In this document: positions 59,864-64,000 of the stretch, piece by piece
Position numbering within the stretch: position 1 is the first letter of the stretch
How the letters are laid out: the number at the start of each line of letters is the position of its first letter
Assembly (NCBI GenBank): GCA_017621525.1
Contig: JAGASX010000021.1
Coordinates: forward strand, 51,566 to 115,565
Direction of reading: 5' to 3'
Length of the DNA stretch: 64,000 nt
From: Clostridia bacterium
Lineage (GTDB): Bacteria > Bacillota > Clostridia > Christensenellales > UBA1242
The notes under the pieces: model-generated
Seen by the model: the letters and a program-made list of their open reading frames with translations, nothing else
What the model was told of the DNA's origin: nothing
Databases searched by the model: none
Program-made: the position numbers and the translations under genes

Positions 59864-60304
59864 CTATTCGCTTACTTTACTTTCTGTCGACTTTTTTGTT
59901 TTCTTTTCAGCAGGTTTTAAGGTTGCACCTTTAAGGTCATCAGCCTTAACTGCTTTCTTTGCTTCTTTCTTTGTTGCTTTTACATATTCTTTGTCAAGAG
60001 ATGCGTTACATTTTTTGCAGATACGCACTTTTTTGCCCTCAACTTCGCCGTGAGCAACTCTTGTAGCCTTACCGCATACTGGGCAAACTACTTGAACATT
60101 TGAAGCCTCAATTGGAGCAGGTCTTTTAAAAATTCCGCTCTTTTCATTTTGTGTGCGTGCTTTTTGATGTTTTGAAACGATGTTTACGTTTTCAACAAGC
60201 ACTTTATTTTGGTCAGCATAAACTGCTGTAACTTTGCCAGTTTTTCCTTTATCTTTGCCGGCGATAACGAGAACATTGTCGCCTGATTTAATTGTCATCT
60301 TCAT
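59864..60304 (-). CDS. rplX: 50S ribosomal protein L24 (Cys4 variant with a Lys-rich C-terminal tail)
   Basis: KOW start IKSGDNVLVIAGKDKGKTGKV, then CPVCGKATRV…ICKKCN, plus a ~45-aa K/A/E-rich tail. AAAGGAGA upstream of ATG 60304. Confidence 0.95.
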   Translation of the reverse strand: MKMTIKSGDNVLVIAGKDKGKTGKVTAVYADQNKVLVENVNIVSKHQKARTQNEKSGIFKRPAPIEASNVQVVCPVCGKATRVAHGEVEGKKVRICKKCNASLDKEYVKATKKEAKKAVKADDLKGATLKPAEKKTKKSTESKVSE

Positions 60305-60316
60305 AGTGTTCTCCTT

Positions 60317-60685
60317 TTAAATTACGTCCGGTGCAAGAGATATGATTTTCATATACCCTTTATCACGGAGTTCTCTGGCAATAGGTCCAAATACACGGGT
60401 ACCTTTTGGTTGTTTTTGGTTGTCGATGATAACGGCTGCGTTGTCATCAAATTTAATGTGTGAGCCGTCAGGTCTGCGAAGTCCTTTTGAAGAACGTACG
60501 ATAACCGCTTTAACAACATCACCTTTTTTAACAGTTCCACCAGGGATTGCTTTTTTAACTGATGCAACGATGATGTCGCCAATGTTTCCGCTTCTTCTAA
60601 AAGAGCCACCAAGCACTCTGATGCACATAATTTCCTTAGCACCTGTGTTATCTGCTACTTTTAATCTGGTTTGTGGTTGAATCAT
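60317..60685 (-). CDS. rplN: 50S ribosomal protein L14
   Basis: [28 protein letters not shown]…. Confidence 0.98.
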   Translation of the reverse strand: MIQPQTRLKVADNTGAKEIMCIRVLGGSFRRSGNIGDIIVASVKKAIPGGTVKKGDVVKAVIVRSSKGLRRPDGSHIKFDDNAAVIIDNQKQPKGTRVFGPIARELRDKGYMKIISLAPDVI

Positions 60686-60696
60686 AACGCCTCTCC

Positions 60697-60957
60697 TTAC
60701 TTCGCCTTTTCAACGATTTCTACAACGCGGAAGTATTTGTCCTTTGAAAGTGGACGAGTTTCCATAATGCGAACGGTATCGCCAATTCCACATTCGTTGT
60801 TTTCATCGTGGGCTTTGAATGTATTTGATTTTTTCACGACTTTTTTGTAAATTGGGCTTTTAACTTGGGAAGTAACTTTTACTACAACAGTTTTGTCCAT
60901 CTTACCTGCGCTTACTACAACGCCTTGACGAACTATTCTTGAATTTCTATTTTCCAT
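60697..60957 (-). CDS. rpsQ: 30S ribosomal protein S17
   Basis: [19 protein letters not shown]…[38 protein letters not shown]. The ATG at 60957 has GGGGGA 6 nt upstream. The track start at 60978 is a TTG extension. Confidence 0.95.
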   Translation of the reverse strand: MENRNSRIVRQGVVVSAGKMDKTVVVKVTSQVKSPIYKKVVKKSNTFKAHDENNECGIGDTVRIMETRPLSKDKYFRVVEIVEKAK

Positions 60958-61162
60958 TGTCTTCCCCCTTTGCTTCAAGTTCTTTTTCTCTAAGAACTGT
61001 TTTTACTCTTGCTATGTCCTTCTTAACATTGTGAAGAGCCATAGGATTTGCAAGCGACCTTGTAGCGTGTGAGAAACGAAGATTGAAAAGTTCGCTATTA
61101 AGTTCTTTAAGTTTTGCATTAAGTTCTGCAACAGATAAATATTTAATATCACTAATTTTCAT
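60947..61162 (-). CDS. rpmC: 50S ribosomal protein L29
   Basis: [49 protein letters not shown]. Confidence 0.95.
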   Translation of the reverse strand: MKISDIKYLSVAELNAKLKELNSELFNLRFSHATRSLANPMALHNVKKDIARVKTVLREKELEAKGEDNGK

Positions 61163-61592
61163 CGTTTACACCACCTTTTGCTATTTCTTCCTTTTTAATG
61201 AATTTTGTTTTGCATGGAAGTTTGTGTCCGCACAGACGAAGTGCCTCTCTTGCAACTTCTTCGCTTACGCCTTCAAGTTCAAAAAGAACTCTGCCTGGCT
61301 TAACAACTGCAACCCAAAATTCTGGTGAACCTTTACCAGAACCCATACGAGTTTCTGCAGGTTTCTTTGTTACAGGCTTGTCAGGGAAGATTTTAATCCA
61401 AACTTTACCATCACGCTTTGTGTATCTTGTAAGTGCGATACGAGCGGCTTCGATTTGGTTTGATTTAATCCAGCAAGGTTCTGTTGCAATGATACCATAA
61501 GTACCATAAGCAAGTTCATTACCTTTTGTTGCCTTTCCTGTCATTCTGCCTCTAAAAACTTTTCTTCTTTTAACTCTTTTAGGCATTAACAT
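61152..61592 (-). CDS. rplP: 50S ribosomal protein L16
   Basis: [25 protein letters not shown]…[11 protein letters not shown]…[20 protein letters not shown]. Confidence 0.98.
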   Translation of the reverse strand: MLMPKRVKRRKVFRGRMTGKATKGNELAYGTYGIIATEPCWIKSNQIEAARIALTRYTKRDGKVWIKIFPDKPVTKKPAETRMGSGKGSPEFWVAVVKPGRVLFELEGVSEEVAREALRLCGHKLPCKTKFIKKEEIAKGGVNDEN

Positions 61593-62262
61593 CGTTTTTG
61601 TCCTCCTTTGTAATCACTGTTTTATTACCAAGGATTTCGCCTTTATAAATCCAGCATTTAACGCCGATTTTACCAATCATTGTGTATGCAGAAGATTCAC
61701 CATAGTCAATATCCGCTCTAAGAGTGTGAAGAGGAACGCTTCCTCTAAATTGTTTTTCAGTTTGTGCTTTTTCGTTCGCTTTTGTAAGAACGCCACTTAC
61801 CTGAACTTTGCAACCCTTAGCACCAGCCTTCATAACTCTTTCAATTGCTTGTTTAAGTGCACGTTTTGAAGAAACACGTTTTTCAAGTTGTTGTGCAATA
61901 GAGTCTGCAACAAGTTGAGCGTCAAGGTCTGGTCTTTTGATTTCTTTTACGTTTACAAGTAAAAGTTTAACAGGTCTTACGAGATTTGTAATTTCTTTTT
62001 TAATAACTTCGATACCGGCACCTTTTGTACCAATAATCATACCCGGTTTAGAGGTGAAGATATTTACAACAAGTTTGCCCTCAGTTCTTTCAATAGTAAT
62101 TTTTGAAATTGAGCAAGCCTTATATTTTTTCATGAGGAAATTTTTAAGGTCTTGGTCTTCTTTAAGGTTTGCAGCAAATGTTTTCTTGTCTGCGTACCAA
62201 GTTGAATTCCAATCTTTATTGATTCCCACTCTAAGTCCAACTGGACTGACTTTTTGTCCCAT
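61579..62262 (-). CDS. rpsC: 30S ribosomal protein S3
   Basis: [24 protein letters not shown]… with KH domain…GRLGGAEIA-like region. 227 aa. Confidence 0.97.
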   Translation of the reverse strand: MGQKVSPVGLRVGINKDWNSTWYADKKTFAANLKEDQDLKNFLMKKYKACSISKITIERTEGKLVVNIFTSKPGMIIGTKGAGIEVIKKEITNLVRPVKLLLVNVKEIKRPDLDAQLVADSIAQQLEKRVSSKRALKQAIERVMKAGAKGCKVQVSGVLTKANEKAQTEKQFRGSVPLHTLRADIDYGESSAYTMIGKIGVKCWIYKGEILGNKTVITKEDKNDVNA

Positions 62263-62263
62263 C

Positions 62264-62653
62264 TTAGCCTCCTACCACTTCGTCAAGCACAATTGTAATG
62301 TGTGCGGTCTTTTTAAGAATAACATTGCCCGAGCCTTTTGCACGTGCAGACATTCTTTTGAATTGAGGTCCGCTTGTAGCGTAAGCCTCTTTTACAAACA
62401 ATGAATCTCTGTTTTTGCCCATGTTGTTTTCAGCATTTGCAATAGCACTGTTAAGCACTTTAAGGCTTTCATAAGCGCCTTTGTCAGGCATGTTTTCAAG
62501 GATAGCAACTGCTTGGTCTGCCTTCTTGCCACGTACAAGGTCAAGAATGTATGTGATTTTTGATGGACTCATTCTCACATAGTTTGCCTTAGCATAAGGG
62601 TATTTCTTTTCACTTGCGTGTTTTTCTGCTTTTTGTCTGATTCTTGTAGCCAT
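62264..62653 (-). CDS. rplV: 50S ribosomal protein L22
   Basis: ANYVRMSPSKITYILDLVRGKKADQAVAILENMP…GPQFKRMSARAKGSGNVILKKTAHITIVL. Confidence 0.96.
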   Translation of the reverse strand: MATRIRQKAEKHASEKKYPYAKANYVRMSPSKITYILDLVRGKKADQAVAILENMPDKGAYESLKVLNSAIANAENNMGKNRDSLFVKEAYATSGPQFKRMSARAKGSGNVILKKTAHITIVLDEVVGG

Positions 62654-62663
62654 TTTCTACTCC

Positions 62664-62945
62664 TTACTTCTTACCAGCAACTGCTGCCGACTTTTTAGTG
62701 TGTCCCTTGTATGTTCTTGTTGGAGCAAACTCACCAAGTTTGTGTCCAACCATATCTGCGGTACAGTAAACAGGGACGTGTTTTTTACCGTTGTGTACTG
62801 CAAATGTAAATCCTACGAAATCAGGATAGATTGTAGATGCTCTTGACCAAGTTTTGATTGGTCTTTTAACGCCAGATTCTTGCATAGCAGCAACTTTTTT
62901 AACAAGGCTTGCATGCACATAAGGCTTTTTCTTTAATGAACTCAT
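62664..62945 (-). CDS. rpsS: 30S ribosomal protein S19
   Basis: [53 protein letters not shown]. Confidence 0.97.
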   Translation of the reverse strand: MSSLKKKPYVHASLVKKVAAMQESGVKRPIKTWSRASTIYPDFVGFTFAVHNGKKHVPVYCTADMVGHKLGEFAPTRTYKGHTKKSAAVAGKK

Positions 62946-62956
62946 ATTACACTCTC

Positions 62957-63784
62957 CTAATTTACTCTCTTAACCATCAAGCGGTTAGAGCGATTTTTAC
63001 GTTTTCTTGTCTTATAGCCAAGAGCAGGTTTGTTCCATGGAGTAACAGGTGAAGCCATACCCACTGGGCTTTTACCTTCACCACCACCGTGTTTGTGGTC
63101 GTTAGGGTTCATAGCAACACCACGAACTGATGGACGAACGCCCATATGACGTTTTCTTCCAGCCTTACCAAGAGAAACAAGTTCATGGTCGATGTTGCCT
63201 ACTGTACCAATTGTAGCACGGCAGGAGAGAAGAACCTTTCTCATTTCACCACTTGGAAGTCTTAAAGTTGCATATTTGCCTTCTTTTGCCATAAGTTGAA
63301 CTTCACTGCCGGCAGAACGTGCAAGTTGTGCACCTTTCTTTGGCTCAAGTTCAATATTGTGAATAAGTGAACCAACAGGGATTGAAGAAAGTGGAAGAGC
63401 ATTTCCAACTTTAATTTCAACATCAGCACCGCTCATAACAGTGTCGCCGTCTTTAAGTCCAACTGGGGCGATGATATATCTTTTTTCGCCGTCAGCGTAT
63501 TGAAGAAGTGCGATGTAAGCAGTTCTGTTTGGGTCATATTCAATTCCAACAACCTTTGCAGGAATGTTGTCTTTATTTCTTTTGAAGTCGATAATGCGGT
63601 ATTTTTGTCTGTTGCCACCACCTTGGTGTCTTACAGTGATTTTACCTTGAGCGTTTCTTCCTGCGTTTTTATCTTTCTTTGCAAGAAGCGACTTCTCTGG
63701 CTCTTTCTTTGTAATTTCTTCATAGGAAGAGGTTGTGTAAAATCTTCTTCCAGCCGAAGTTGGTCTATGAATTTTGATTGCCAT
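62957..63784 (-). CDS. rplB: 50S ribosomal protein L2
   Basis: [18 protein letters not shown]…GNALPL…GTVGNIDHE…[32 protein letters not shown]. Confidence 0.98.
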   Translation of the reverse strand: MAIKIHRPTSAGRRFYTTSSYEEITKKEPEKSLLAKKDKNAGRNAQGKITVRHQGGGNRQKYRIIDFKRNKDNIPAKVVGIEYDPNRTAYIALLQYADGEKRYIIAPVGLKDGDTVMSGADVEIKVGNALPLSSIPVGSLIHNIELEPKKGAQLARSAGSEVQLMAKEGKYATLRLPSGEMRKVLLSCRATIGTVGNIDHELVSLGKAGRKRHMGVRPSVRGVAMNPNDHKHGGGEGKSPVGMASPVTPWNKPALGYKTRKRKNRSNRLMVKRVN

Positions 63785-63798
63785 TTTTACCCCTCCTA

Positions 63799-64000
63799 TT
63801 ATGATAAGCTGTCGAAGAATGCAATTGTTTTAGACTCTGCGGTAAGGGTTACGATTGCCTTTTTATAGTCGCTTGTCTTTCCAACTGTTCTTCCAGCCTT
63901 GCTGTTTTGAACTTTCTTATGACCTTTTACGATAACAGTGTTTACTTTTGCTACCTTAACGCCAAAAAGTTCTTCAACTGCTTTTTTGATTTCAACTTTT
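63799..64000 (-). CDS. rplW: 50S ribosomal protein L23, 3' part only (the 5' end lies beyond the window)
   Basis: Not in the ORF track. The minus-strand translation is …[66 protein letters not shown]-stop (TAA 63801-63799), directly upstream of rplB. Confidence 0.9.
   Translation of the reverse strand, partial: KVEIKKAVEELFGVKVAKVNTVIVKGHKKVQNSKAGRTVGKTSDYKKAIVTLTAESKTIAFFDSLS

Overview
A 64 kb AT-rich chromosomal segment whose gene content and order look like a low-GC Bacillota (Clostridia-like) genome. The evidence for that placement is a KOW-protein gene between map and infA, type-Z S14, whiA, and CCA-encoded tRNAs. The standard genetic code fits. Most of the window is conserved housekeeping. 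In order: a dcw-type cluster on the minus strand (CvpA-fusion, rsmH, FtsL-position protein, 5' end of a PBP); nrdD-nrdG with tandem NrdR boxes; metG; an MBL-fold hydrolase; an orphan acidic 661-aa protein; uvrA-uvrB; a TtcA-like PP-loop ATPase; gpmI; a four-helix-bundle protein; a six-tRNA operon; dnaE-whiA-PHP-dtd; two tandem SHOCT membrane proteins; and the alpha/spc/S10 ribosomal-protein operons from rplQ back to a partial rplW, including rpmJ, which the ORF track misses. The outstanding feature is one uninterrupted 19 kb minus-strand ORF (19780..38772) encoding a ~6,330-aa predicted lipoprotein. It is built from Ig-like arrays, at least seven GLUG-like beta-helix modules and a glycine-rich C-terminal module. 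It has a near-consensus promoter and is followed 17 nt downstream by a RadC/JAB gene. Next to that sits a divergent pair of paralogous membrane-tethered wHTH-like proteins sharing a palindromic intergenic site. No CRISPR array, rRNA, transposase or integrase was seen. All domain assignments come from reading motifs by eye, not from database searches.
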